Positions 55,193 to 64,000 of a DNA stretch of 64,000 nucleotides are shown here, piece after piece. Numbering within the stretch: the first letter of the stretch is position 1; each line of letters starts with the position of its first letter. Origin of the DNA: Verrucomicrobiota bacterium (GTDB taxonomy: Bacteria > Verrucomicrobiota > Verrucomicrobiia > Chthoniobacterales > UBA10450); contig QHPE01000150.1 of assembly GCA_003218945.1 (NCBI GenBank), positions 665-64,664 on the forward strand, in the 5' to 3' direction. The notes under the pieces are model-generated. The model was given only the letters and a program-made list of their open reading frames with translations. It did no database searches and was not told the DNA's origin. The translations under genes and the position numbers were made by a program.

Positions 55193-56158
55193 GTGGCGAA
55201 ATTAGTTCAACCGCATCTCGAACAAGTGGATAAGCGCATCGCGCAGCAGGCTGCGGCATTCGATCCCGCAATCGAAGGGTACGTCGTTTATACGGTCGGC
55301 AGCCGCGGCAAACGTCTTCGGCCGCTTCTGACTCTGCTCGTGGGCGGCGCGACAGGCATGATCGATTCCCGCCACATTGATCTCGCCGTGATCGTGGAAC
55401 TCATTCACATCGCAACACTTGTGCACGACGACGTGATGGACGAAGCAGAAAAACGCCGGTCACAGCCCACGCCAAACGCGCGCTGGGGAAATTCGTTGAG
55501 CGTTTTGCTGGGCGACTGTCTCTTCGCGCACGCACTGACGTTATCGACAAATTTCAAAAACTCCGACATCAGTCGAGCAATCGCGCGCACCGCCGCGACG
55601 GTTTGCTCGGGCGAAATGATTCAGACGCAGCGCCGGTTCGATCTCAATCTCAAGGTTGAGGATTATTTGCGCATCGTGCAAATGAAAACCGGATCGCTTT
55701 TCTCGGCCGCAGCCGAGTTGGCCGCCATGATTAGCGAAGCCGACCCGAACGCGATCGAAACATTCAAGAATTACGGATTTCAAGTGGGCACCGCGTATCA
55801 GATTTATGATGATTGCGTCGATCTTGCCGGCACTGAGAGCGTGACTGGAAAGACGCTCGGCACCGATCTGCGCAAGGGAAAATTTACACTGCCGGTTTTG
55901 ATTTTTCTCCGGTCCGCCTCGGAATTTGAACGCGAACGTTGTTGCCAGCTGGTGCTGGACGAAAAAATCGAAGAAATGATTGAGCTTCTCAAGAATGGCG
56001 CGAATAATGGTGCATTAAACGAATCAATCGCTGTGGGCAGCGAATTGATTCGCAAAGCGCAATGCGCGTTCGATGGTATTAAGCCAAATCGTTATACCGA
56101 CGCCCTGTTTTCGCTCGGCGAGGCATTGTGCGATATGTTCGGTCAACTCCGTGTGTGA
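55193..56158 (+). CDS. ispB: Long-chain polyprenyl diphosphate synthase (IspB-like)
   Basis: The first DDxxD motif is in LVHDDVMDEAEKRR and the second is in YQIYDDCVD. The GTG at 55193 gives a typical 321-aa length. The ORF is open from the TTG at 55082. Confidence 0.85.
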   Translation: MAKLVQPHLEQVDKRIAQQAAAFDPAIEGYVVYTVGSRGKRLRPLLTLLVGGATGMIDSRHIDLAVIVELIHIATLVHDDVMDEAEKRRSQPTPNARWGNSLSVLLGDCLFAHALTLSTNFKNSDISRAIARTAATVCSGEMIQTQRRFDLNLKVEDYLRIVQMKTGSLFSAAAELAAMISEADPNAIETFKNYGFQVGTAYQIYDDCVDLAGTESVTGKTLGTDLRKGKFTLPVLIFLRSASEFERERCCQLVLDEKIEEMIELLKNGANNGALNESIAVGSELIRKAQCAFDGIKPNRYTDALFSLGEALCDMFGQLRV

Positions 56159-56230
56159 TAAAATGTGGGACGGGCTTTGAGGTGCCAGTCTGAATCCCAT
56201 TCGACCGCGGCGATAGGGTCCCCCACATTT

Positions 56231-56926
56231 ATGCCGCAGCTCAAAATCCGCGAAATGCCGCAAGACGAGCGGCCGCGGGAAAAATTACTTGCACGAGGTG
56301 TTGATGCTCTCAGCAACGCGGAATTGATCGCAATCCTCCTGCGCACCGGCCGGCGGGGCATGAACGTGGTGGATGTCGCCCGCGAGTTGTTCGACAAATA
56401 CCAATCGTTCGCGGAGCTGAGCCGTTGCTCAGTCAAAGAACTGAGTGAAATCAAAGGGATTGGCCCCGCAAAAGCATTGGAACTTGTGGCGGCGTTCAAT
56501 TTGGGAAAACGGTTCGCGCAGGAGCGGTTGTCACAGCGAAAACTCGATTCACCAGAATTGGTCTACAAGCTATTGGGTGACGAAATGCGTATGTTGCGCA
56601 CCGAATCATTGCGCGTCGTTTTGCTCGACACTCGCTACCGATTGCTACGAGTGGAATCGGTCTCGCTGGGGAGTATGAACGAGAGCATCGCGCATCCGCG
56701 CGAAATTTTTCGGCCGGCAATTACTTATTCCGCCTACGCTGTGATCGTGGTGCACAATCATCCCTCCGGCGATGCCTCGCCGAGCCAGACTGACCACAGT
56801 CTGACGCGTCGCCTAGCTGAAGCGGCTGAGCTTTTGCAAATCAAATTGCTCGATCACATCATTGTCGGCGCGCCATTGGAAGGAAGTCCCGGATATTTCA
56901 GCTTTAAGGAAGCTGGCGTGTTGTAG
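56231..56926 (+). CDS. radC: RadC-family JAB/MPN domain protein
   Basis: The product begins MPQLKIREMPQDERPREKLLARGVDALSNAELIAILLRTG, has a helix-hairpin-helix element (IKGIGPAKA) and carries the JAMM motif HNHPSGDASPSQTD. Confidence 0.9.
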   Translation: MPQLKIREMPQDERPREKLLARGVDALSNAELIAILLRTGRRGMNVVDVARELFDKYQSFAELSRCSVKELSEIKGIGPAKALELVAAFNLGKRFAQERLSQRKLDSPELVYKLLGDEMRMLRTESLRVVLLDTRYRLLRVESVSLGSMNESIAHPREIFRPAITYSAYAVIVVHNHPSGDASPSQTDHSLTRRLAEAAELLQIKLLDHIIVGAPLEGSPGYFSFKEAGVL

Positions 56927-56929
56927 GCA

Positions 56930-56964
56930 GGGAAATCTGAAATTCGAATGGGCAAATCCGAAAT
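56930..56964 (+). repeat. Second copy of the GGGAAATC-GAAAT motif element, filling the radC-lpxA spacer
   Basis: The sequence gggaaatctgaaattcgaatgggcaaatccgaaat is followed directly by the lpxA ATG. Compare 3282-3314. Confidence 0.6.
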
Positions 56965-57777
56965 ATGACGGACGCGAAGATCCATCCCACGGCTGTCGTC
57001 GATCCGAATGCAAGAATCGGCCACGATGTGCAGATCGGGCCGTTTTCGATCATTGGGCCGCGGGTAACAATTGGCGATAAGACCGTCGTGCAATCGCACG
57101 TGGTGATCGAAGGCGAGGTCATAATCGGACACGGAAATTTTATCGGACACGGCGCTATCATCGGGGCGCCGCCGCAGGATCTTTCGTTCTCGCCAGAACG
57201 AAACACCAAAGTTGAAATTGGAAATGACAACATCGTCCGCGAGTACTGCACCATTCACCGGGGCAGTCCCAATGGGAGCGCCACAAAAATCGCCGACGAG
57301 AATTTCCTCATGGCTGGAGTGCACATTGGTCACAATTGCGCGATTGGAAATGACGTGATCATCGCAAACAATTGCTTACTTGCTGGTCATGTTCGCATCG
57401 ACGACGGCGCATTCCTAGGGGGCGGATCAACTTTTCACCAGTTCATGCGGATTGGCCGGCTCGTGATGGTGCAAGGCAGCTCCGCATTCGGCAAGGATCT
57501 GCCACCATTCGTCATCGCAGCAGAGCGCAATTACGTTTTCGGCTTGAACACAGTCGGACTCCGCCGCGCTGGACTTACCGCAGGCGATCGAAACGAGATC
57601 AAGGAGGCATTCAAGCTTGTTTATCTAAGCGGACTCAACACATCGCAGGCGCTCGAAAAAGCAGCGACGATGACCTTCAACGCCCCAGCGCGCGAATTCC
57701 TGGACTTCATCAGCAGTTCCAATAAACGCGGTATTTGTCCCCTGAAACCCGGCATTGCTGGCGATTCTTCGGCCTAA
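56965..57777 (+). CDS. lpxA: Acyl-ACP--UDP-N-acetylglucosamine O-acyltransferase
   Basis: The left-handed beta-helix hexapeptide repeats read IHPTAVVDPNARIGHDVQIGPFSIIGPRVTIGDKTVV. The LpxA C-terminal helical domain reads NTVGLRRAGLTAGDRNEIKEAFKLVY. Confidence 0.93.
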   Translation: MTDAKIHPTAVVDPNARIGHDVQIGPFSIIGPRVTIGDKTVVQSHVVIEGEVIIGHGNFIGHGAIIGAPPQDLSFSPERNTKVEIGNDNIVREYCTIHRGSPNGSATKIADENFLMAGVHIGHNCAIGNDVIIANNCLLAGHVRIDDGAFLGGGSTFHQFMRIGRLVMVQGSSAFGKDLPPFVIAAERNYVFGLNTVGLRRAGLTAGDRNEIKEAFKLVYLSGLNTSQALEKAATMTFNAPAREFLDFISSSNKRGICPLKPGIAGDSSA

Positions 57778-57830
57778 GGCGGGTTGCTTTTTCAGCAAGA
57801 CGCCGGGGACAGCAGACGCGCTTTTCAATG

Positions 57831-58085
57831 TCACCCGCCTTGCACTGGCGGCATGAGTGCGATTTCCTCGCTTGTGTGCAGGATGTAATTGCGATCAACA
57901 AATTCAAAGCCTGCGCCGATCAAGATGCTTTTGTCATACGCGCGAAGCGCTGGTTGCTGCGCATAAATCTGCTCAAGCAATTCCCGAACGGTCGCGCGCT
58001 GCGGAAGCTCGAACTCCAACTCGCGAATTCCAATCAGATCGCGCAACTGCGCGTAAAATTGCACCCGCACTTTAATCCCGTTCAT
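57831..58085 (-). CDS. MoaD/ThiS-family beta-grasp sulfur carrier protein (84 aa, C-terminal GG)
   Basis: The product reads MNGIKVRVQFYAQLRDLIGIRELEFELPQRATVRELLEQI...EIALMPPVQGG. The ORF-track start at 58196 adds 37 residues that do not look like coding sequence. Confidence 0.7.
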   Translation of the reverse strand: MNGIKVRVQFYAQLRDLIGIRELEFELPQRATVRELLEQIYAQQPALRAYDKSILIGAGFEFVDRNYILHTSEEIALMPPVQGG

Positions 58086-58402
58086 TCTCAAACAATTCAC
58101 ATAAAGAATACATGGGCCACGAGGTTTCCAAATCTTAAGGAAGCCTTTATGGCCTGTATGGCCGCTGGGCGACAAAAAACTGCGATACACCAGCACGATT
58201 ACGGTGCCGCGGCAATTTCATCCAGGTGCTTGCCAAACAAGGAGCGTCGTCTCTAATGCGCCAAGACTCTAGGACTGCCGGCTTCCCAACCGTTGGTTCG
58301 AAGTAGACGGCTGTTTAAAGCCATCGCTCCTTGTTTGCCGGCTACAACCTTTGGAAAAGGGGGGTTTTGCCCTTCCCGCCACCGTGAATAGCATTGCCTG
58401 AA

Positions 58403-58822
58403 ATGCGCATCCACCACGACCGACTTGAAGTCCGCACCCGCGGCAAAGGTCTTTACGAGATCACCGATGAAGTGCAGTCGAAGCTCGACCAGCGCGGTGT
58501 GCAAAATGGAATCGTTACGGTTTTTGTTCAGCACACCAGTTGCAGCGTTGTCATCATGGAAAACGCCGATCCTACCGCGCGACGCGATTTGGAAGAGTTT
58601 TTCGACCGCCTCGTGCCCGAAGACGCCGATTACTTCACGCACAATGCGGAAGGCGGCGACGACATGCCATCACACATCCGCATGGTCCTGACGCGCACCA
58701 GCGAAACCATTCCGATCATGGACGGAAAAATTCAGCTCGGAACGTGGCAAGGCATTTTCCTGTTCGAACATCGTCGTGATCCGCATTCGCGAAAGGTTTT
58801 CGTCACGACGATTGATGAATGA
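58403..58822 (+). CDS. yjbQ: YjbQ/UPF0047 family protein (secondary thiamine-phosphate synthase enzyme)
   Basis: Motifs include HTSCSVVIMENADP, DMPSHIRMVLTRTSETIPI and LGTWQGIFLFEHR. Confidence 0.88.
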   Translation: MRIHHDRLEVRTRGKGLYEITDEVQSKLDQRGVQNGIVTVFVQHTSCSVVIMENADPTARRDLEEFFDRLVPEDADYFTHNAEGGDDMPSHIRMVLTRTSETIPIMDGKIQLGTWQGIFLFEHRRDPHSRKVFVTTIDE

Positions 58823-58876
58823 TTGTCGCGGTGGCCTCTGATCGTTGTCCCGCGTTTCGGCGCCCTGAGAGCGCCG

Positions 58877-60025
58877 CTACAGAAGGTCGTAAACCGCGTC
58901 CACCAGTCGCAATGATTTCTCGTTGGGCAGAACTGATTGCTCCATTTGGTTCATTACGTACGCGAAAGCGATTTTGTTTTCCGGGTCGGCAAAGGCGTGG
59001 ATGCCGCCTGCGCCGGGATGCCCAAACGATGCTGGGGATGGTCCGAACATCATGCGCGCTGCATCTCGTGAGTCTTTCATAAACCCGGCCGAGAGTGCCG
59101 TCGGAATCTGAAAAACGCGATCGATGTCGTCCGATAAAGTGTTCATCATCCAGTCGATCGTCGTTTGTAAAAAGAACGTTCTGCCATTCAAAGTTCCGCC
59201 ATTGGCGAGCATGGAATAAAATTTTGCAAGCGCCGAGGCGCTGCCGATGCCGCCGAAAGAAACAATGGGGTACGCGCGAATCTGCGGATCATTCATCTTG
59301 CTGATCACATTCAAGCCATATGGCGAGGTAAACGCCCTTCTCGCCAGCGTGCCGGGCGTGACAAGATCGCGATAGAATTTTGCTGGCTCGGGCGGCTTGC
59401 CTCTTTTCGCCGCGTAAATCGTTGCCACTCGCGGATTCTCCTTTTCTGGCAAGCCGATCCAAAAGTCAAGGTGGAGTGGACGGGCAAAATTTTCCTGCCA
59501 ATAACCGGACAAAGTCTTGCCGGCGATCCGGCGGATTAGTTCATCCAGTAGAAATCCGAACGTGCGCGCATGATAACCATGTGCCGTTCCCGGCCGCCAC
59601 AACGGCGTCTGCGTCTCCAGCGCCCGAATCACTGCATCGTAATCGAGCATATCGACTCGCTGGTCCAAAGCGCTAAGGCCAGCCTGATGTGACAGCAACT
59701 GCGCGAGCGTAATTTTGTCCTTACCGGCCTGAGCGAATTCCGGCCAGAACTCCGCCACGCGTCGATCGAGCTCGATCTTGTGTTGCTGTAACACGTGCAA
59801 CAAAGACGCGCTGCCGATTCCTTTCGTTGCAGACCAGACCAGCACAATCGTGTCGGTCGTCCACGGTTTTTCGCGATCGGCGTCGCAAAATCCGCCATAA
59901 AGATCGACCACCTGCTTGCCGTTTTGCCAAACCGAAAGCGCCGCGCCGAGTTCGCCAAGCTTCTCGAAATTCTCCCGAAACAATGCTTTCAATCGCCCGC
60001 GAAGTTTTTCCAGACCGAGCCGCAT
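58877..60025 (-). CDS. Serine hydrolase, beta-lactamase (class C / EstB-like) family
   Basis: The S-x-x-K motif is in VWSATKGIG, and YHARTFG and HPGAGG are also present. The ATG at 60025 is preferred over the GTG at 60061. Confidence 0.8.
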   Translation of the reverse strand: MRLGLEKLRGRLKALFRENFEKLGELGAALSVWQNGKQVVDLYGGFCDADREKPWTTDTIVLVWSATKGIGSASLLHVLQQHKIELDRRVAEFWPEFAQAGKDKITLAQLLSHQAGLSALDQRVDMLDYDAVIRALETQTPLWRPGTAHGYHARTFGFLLDELIRRIAGKTLSGYWQENFARPLHLDFWIGLPEKENPRVATIYAAKRGKPPEPAKFYRDLVTPGTLARRAFTSPYGLNVISKMNDPQIRAYPIVSFGGIGSASALAKFYSMLANGGTLNGRTFFLQTTIDWMMNTLSDDIDRVFQIPTALSAGFMKDSRDAARMMFGPSPASFGHPGAGGIHAFADPENKIAFAYVMNQMEQSVLPNEKSLRLVDAVYDLL

Positions 60026-60114
60026 GTTGGAAGTTGTAGAGGCGTTTCTCTGAAACACCAAGGCAAACGCAATGCCTGATAGATTCGATAATTAAAATAG
60101 GAGCGAGAAATACT

Positions 60115-60624
60115 ATGAGCGTCCGAACTATGGCAATACTGACGATCTTCTGTCTCAGTACGTGGCTGACAGCGAGCGCTGAGTCAGGGAAGGAGACAAA
60201 TATGAATACGGCGCAATCTCAGACGGAGCCGCGCACACGAGCTAAAGCGAAGATTACCGTGCAGAATTCTGAAGCCAAGCCCTACGACCAAACCGTGAGC
60301 CCGGCATTAGTGGAGATCCGTCTATCAGAAACGTTCACTGGAGGTATCGATGGCGAATCACCAGTTCGGGCTTTGCAGGTCCTGCGCGACGATAAATCTG
60401 CCTGCCTCGTCAGCGCGCAACGATTCAGCGGAAAACTGGGCGGACGCCAGGGCACCTTTGTGCTTCAAGGTTCAGAAACCGTCGAGAACGGCAAGATCAA
60501 GGCGACATGGTTTGTCATTCCCGGCTCGGGGACAAGTGATCTTTCCGGCCTGCGCGGCGAGGGCGGTTTTGACGGCGACTTTGGGAAAGGGTCCGACGGA
60601 TGGCTGGATTATTGGTTCGAATGA
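60115..60624 (+). CDS. DUF3224 domain protein with a signal peptide
   Basis: The product contains FTGGIDGES...FSGKLGGRQGTFVLQGSETVENGKIKATWFVIPGSGTSDLSGLRGEGGF. Confidence 0.7.
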   Translation: MSVRTMAILTIFCLSTWLTASAESGKETNMNTAQSQTEPRTRAKAKITVQNSEAKPYDQTVSPALVEIRLSETFTGGIDGESPVRALQVLRDDKSACLVSAQRFSGKLGGRQGTFVLQGSETVENGKIKATWFVIPGSGTSDLSGLRGEGGFDGDFGKGSDGWLDYWFE

Positions 60625-60716
60625 TGTAGGAAGCTGCAAAACGTTCAGTTGCTCACAAAAAAGCTGTTGCCGATTTGCACTCGAGTGACGGCCGACTGGA
60701 GACCGCCGCTGCTTGT

Positions 60717-62513
60717 TCACACCAACAGCTCTTCTAATTCTTCGAGGCGACGTTCGAACAACTGCAGTGTGCTTTCGATCGGCGCCGGCGTTGTCATGTC
60801 CACGCCTGCGGCTGTTAATGTTTCGAGCGGAAATTTGGAGCCGCCGGAACGCAAGAACTTCAAATAAGCCTTGACACTCCCCGGTTCACCGGAAAGGACG
60901 CGCTGCGCCAGCGCCACGGCAGCAGAGATGCCAGTGGCGTATTTGTAAACATAAAATGCGTGATAGAAATGCGGGATGCGCAGGCATTCGAGATCAAGTT
61001 CCGGATCAATTGCGAAATTCTCGGAAAAATACGTTTCGAGCAGCTGGTGATATTCCTTTTTGAAAACGTCGAGCGTTAACGCATCGCCGCTTTCGTCAAT
61101 GGCGTGGATAACCTTTTCGAACTCGGCAAACATGGTCTGCCGGAACAGCGTGCCGCGAAGGTCATCGATTTCGCGGTTGATGATATAAGCCCTCATCTTG
61201 GGATCGGTGGTCGCTTCTAACAGGTGATGCGTGAGCAGTTCCTCGTTGAAGGTCGATGCGACTTCCGCAAGAAAAATCGGATACTCGTAATCCTGAAACG
61301 GCTGTGAATTTTGCGAGAACCAACTGTGCATCGAGTGACCCGCCTCATGTGCGAGGGTGTACACATCGGCGAACACGTCCTGCTTGTAATTCATCAGGAT
61401 ATACGGCGGCGCGCCGTAGCTGCCAGAGGAAAATGCGCCGCTGCGTTTGCCTTTGCTTTCGTAACGATCGCACCACCGGCTCGAGCGCAAACCTTCGGCC
61501 AGCACATCGACGTATTCTTTTCCAAGGAAGCCGAGCGCGTTCAACACCGTTTCGATCGCCTGATCAAAGGTAAAGCGCGTCTCGATTTCGGGAACTAGCG
61601 GAACGTACGTGTCATAATGATGCAGCTCGTCCAAACCAAGGACGCGTCGCCGCAAATCGAAATATCGAAACAACGGTTTCAGATTCGCCCGGACAGATTT
61701 GATCAGACCCTCATAAACTGCCACCGGCACATTATCTGGGAACAGTGCGGCCTCGAGCGCAGATGAATAATGCCGCGCTCTCGCGTGAAATACATTCGCC
61801 TTAACTGAATACGCCAGGGATGCGGCAAGCGTGTACTGATGGTCGCGAAATTCTGCGTAGAATTGATGGAATGCGCGCTTGCGCAGCTCAGGGTCGCGCT
61901 TTACTAAAAATGAGCTGAACGAACTTTGGGTGAGCGGTCGTTTGCGTCCGGCTTCGTCAACAAGGATGCCAAACTTCATATCCACATCGGTCAACTGCGA
62001 AAACGTGTCGTCGTAACCACCGAGGGCGACGCTGCTGAGCGCCAGCAGACGTTCCTCGGGCACGGAAAGCACATACGGTTTCATCCGCCGGATTTTGTGC
62101 AGCTTGATTCGCCAATCCTTCAGCGCCGGATCGGCGACGAAATTGGCGAACCGTTCATCGTCGATTGCCAGGATTTCCGGCACAACAAACGCTGCGGCCT
62201 CGGCAATTTTTGTAAGTAGATTTTGAACCTGGCCGATGCGCGTGAGGTATTCGTTATTGGTGCTGTCTTCGGCTACCTGCAGCGAGGCATAGTGATAGAC
62301 GCGTTCAATTTTCAGCTCGAGCGATTTTTCAAACTCCAGCACCGCGGCCAATGTTTGCGCCGATTCCCCTACTCTGCCTTTCCACTGGTCAAATTTAGGA
62401 TACTCACGTTGTAACGGGGCAAAATCCTCGTGCCATTTGCTGACATCGGCGAACAAATGCGTGAGGTCCCATTTATCCGATTCTGCAATGTCGGCACGCG
62501 TTGGAGTCTCCAT
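60717..62513 (-). CDS. pepF: Oligoendopeptidase F (M3B family)
   Basis: The zinc motif is HEAGHSMH. The N-terminus METPTRADIAESDKWDLTHLF is typical of PepF. The ORF is open to a GTG at 62537, which overlaps the upstream stop codon (GTGA). Confidence 0.9.
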   Translation of the reverse strand: METPTRADIAESDKWDLTHLFADVSKWHEDFAPLQREYPKFDQWKGRVGESAQTLAAVLEFEKSLELKIERVYHYASLQVAEDSTNNEYLTRIGQVQNLLTKIAEAAAFVVPEILAIDDERFANFVADPALKDWRIKLHKIRRMKPYVLSVPEERLLALSSVALGGYDDTFSQLTDVDMKFGILVDEAGRKRPLTQSSFSSFLVKRDPELRKRAFHQFYAEFRDHQYTLAASLAYSVKANVFHARARHYSSALEAALFPDNVPVAVYEGLIKSVRANLKPLFRYFDLRRRVLGLDELHHYDTYVPLVPEIETRFTFDQAIETVLNALGFLGKEYVDVLAEGLRSSRWCDRYESKGKRSGAFSSGSYGAPPYILMNYKQDVFADVYTLAHEAGHSMHSWFSQNSQPFQDYEYPIFLAEVASTFNEELLTHHLLEATTDPKMRAYIINREIDDLRGTLFRQTMFAEFEKVIHAIDESGDALTLDVFKKEYHQLLETYFSENFAIDPELDLECLRIPHFYHAFYVYKYATGISAAVALAQRVLSGEPGSVKAYLKFLRSGGSKFPLETLTAAGVDMTTPAPIESTLQLFERRLEELEELLV

Positions 62514-62533
62514 GGCACATTCTCGCATAAAGC

Positions 62534-63199
62534 TCACACAGCACGCAAAGACTCCAAGGCTCCCCGAGTTGACCGCTGTGCCGCCCGTGAGAGACGTTCA
62601 ATGGCAGGATGGCGCGCGACAAGTTTGAGCGCATGCTCGGTTAGTGCTTTGCCAGGTGGAATTTTGTGCCACGGGGACGCACCGGAGGGATGCGGCAACG
62701 GAATCAGGTCGAAGCGGTGGCCGGAACGCGTGACACGGAATGTGCGACCGATCACGTTCTCCAGCTTTGCACAGTCGATGAATTGCAGAATCGCGAGCCG
62801 ACCAATGGGAATGATGAGATGCGGCCGCAAAATTCGAATCTCATCATCCATCCACAACGCACAATTGCGAATCTCATCCGGCGCGGGGACGCGATCCGAG
62901 CCCGTGGAATTTTTGCCGGGAAAACAACGGCAGACAGCGGCGAAATAAATTCTCGAGCGAACGGCGACTTCGTTCATTCCGGAAAATTGTTCGAACCAAC
63001 GGAAAAGCGTTTTCCCAGCAGTATGCGCAAACGGCCGTTTCAACATCGGTTCGCGCGGTCCGGGCGCCTGCCCGACGATCATCACGTCGCTCATGATCGG
63101 ACCGCCGGAGACTGGGGTCGAGCGCATGCGAGGGCAACGGCGGCAACGCAGCAGGCGCGCAACATGACGGGTCAATTTAGTTTGTTTGGCCTCGTTCAT
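62534..63199 (-). CDS. Uracil-DNA glycosylase superfamily protein
   Basis: Motifs include CRRCPRM, VMIVGQAPGPRE and LIPLPHPSGASPW. Confidence 0.75.
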   Translation of the reverse strand: MNEAKQTKLTRHVARLLRCRRCPRMRSTPVSGGPIMSDVMIVGQAPGPREPMLKRPFAHTAGKTLFRWFEQFSGMNEVAVRSRIYFAAVCRCFPGKNSTGSDRVPAPDEIRNCALWMDDEIRILRPHLIIPIGRLAILQFIDCAKLENVIGRTFRVTRSGHRFDLIPLPHPSGASPWHKIPPGKALTEHALKLVARHPAIERLSRAAQRSTRGALESLRAV

Positions 63200-63261
63200 G
63201 GCAGAATCTCATACTAAATTAAGACCGGCCTTTGTGAACCGTTGTGCCCGTCGTTGTGAAA

Positions 63262-63492
63262 TCAGCGTCGGAACATCGAGCAGAGCGATAGAAGCAAACT
63301 AAGAACGATGCTGAGAATAATGCAGGTCACGATCGGAAAATAGAAAGACGAATGTTCGCGCTCGATCCGGATGTCGCCGGGCAGTCGGCCCAGCCATTTC
63401 GGCGCGAAGCCGCCCCACATCACCAAGCCAATCAGTGTGGCGACCACGCCAATGATCACAATGAGTTTGCCCAGTTCGCGCACGCGTGACAC
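63262..63492 (-). CDS. DUF2905 family small membrane protein
   Basis: The product reads RELGKLIVIIGVVATLIGLVMWGG...LGRLPGDIRIEREHSSFYFPIVTCIILSIVLSLLLSL. The start is a GTG at 63492 or 63483. Confidence 0.7.
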   Translation of the reverse strand: MSRVRELGKLIVIIGVVATLIGLVMWGGFAPKWLGRLPGDIRIEREHSSFYFPIVTCIILSIVLSLLLSLCSMFRR

Positions 63493-63613
63493 TCGCACAA
63501 CCAGGATAAAGGAGGCAACGGATCGCCGAAAATAAATCTGCGGTCTTGGTGACCTTCGTTGCCGTACTTGAGAAACTATTGCGCGAACTGCGCAGACGCA
63601 CAACGTTGAGTAA

Positions 63614-64000
63614 ATGCCCGTTCAATTTCGAGATTATTACCAAACGCTCGGTGTGCCGAAAACGGCGAGCGAGGACGAAATTCGCAGCGCTTTTCGCAAG
63701 CTGGCGCGCAAGTACCACCCTGATGTGGCCAAGGACAAGAAAGCCGCCGAAGAAAAATTCAAGGAAATCAACGAAGCGTACGAGGTTCTGAGCGACCCGG
63801 AGAAGCGGAAGAAATATGATCAGCTTGGAGCCGATTGGAATCGGCAGGGCGGCTTCCAGCCACCACCACAGTGGGAAGGACAGCAACCCGGCGGCGGATT
63901 TTATCAATGGGGTGGCGACGGCGGCGGTGTCGAGTTCGAGTTCGGCGGGACCGGGTTCAGCGATTTCTTCGAGGCATTTTTCGGTGGAGGACGAGGTCGA
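63614..64000 (+). CDS. J-domain co-chaperone (DnaJ/CbpA family); 5' part, runs off the right edge
   Basis: Hand translation gives [72 protein letters not shown], followed by a Gly/Phe-rich region. It is not in the ORF track because there is no stop in the window. Confidence 0.9.
   Translation, partial: MPVQFRDYYQTLGVPKTASEDEIRSAFRKLARKYHPDVAKDKKAAEEKFKEINEAYEVLSDPEKRKKYDQLGADWNRQGGFQPPPQWEGQQPGGGFYQWGGDGGGVEFEFGGTGFSDFFEAFFGGGRGR

Noticed and set aside
58253-58642. A 129-aa minus-strand ORF spanning the yjbQ start
   Set aside because: It is antisense to yjbQ, which has clear family motifs. The upstream part coincides with the structured spacer rather than with coding sequence.
63299-63907. 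A 202-aa minus-strand ORF
   Set aside because: It is antisense to the strongly supported J-domain gene and out of frame with the DUF2905 gene. Its composition does not look like protein.

Overview
This is a gene-dense 64-kb chromosomal window with about 60 protein genes and 2 tRNAs, and almost all of it is core housekeeping. From left to right:
- a partial DUF2071 gene and a stretch of broken coding remnants
- a TPR/coiled-coil protein, tRNA-His and tRNA-Arg, and ribD
- dnaG-rpoD, followed by an anti-sigma-like membrane protein and a DUF3106-like periplasmic protein
- an NfeD protease, thiH-thiS, and an outer membrane beta-barrel protein
- mreB-mreC-mreD-mrdA-rng, then rpe
- a three-gene secretin / PG-binding protein / GspE-like ATPase module
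- mpl and a CHASE2 adenylate cyclase
- rplT-pheS-pheT, carA and lhr
- a GT2 glycosyltransferase and an isoaspartyl peptidase
- mlaE-mlaF-mlaD, a VOC protein, a DUF1844 protein and a double M16 peptidase
- two lineage-restricted hypotheticals
- two tandem genes for aromatic/glycine low-complexity proteins ending in a peptidoglycan-binding domain
- a lipoate ligase-like protein, ispB, radC and lpxA
- an orphan MoaD-like gene, yjbQ, a serine hydrolase and a DUF3224 protein
- pepF, a UDG-family protein, a DUF2905 protein and a partial J-domain gene

Gene content, a Planctomycetes/Verrucomicrobia-type conserved hypothetical and the style of the intergenic repeats suggest a PVC-superphylum genome, probably Verrucomicrobia. 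That is inference only.

I found no transposase, integrase, prophage, CRISPR array or recognisable defence island, and I cannot point to a clearly new multi-gene system. The items most worth a second look are:
- a family of secreted Tyr/Trp/Gly/His low-complexity proteins, most with a PG-binding domain, at four loci
- an MlaF ATPase with an in-frame loss of the H-loop
- a 507-nt structured pheT-carA spacer ending in a strong intrinsic terminator
- a roughly 90-nt palindromic repeat family with 3 copies
- pervasive 7-nt periodic micro-repeats in the spacers
- several genes whose coding signal jumps reading frame

All family assignments come from reading motifs by eye. No searches were run.
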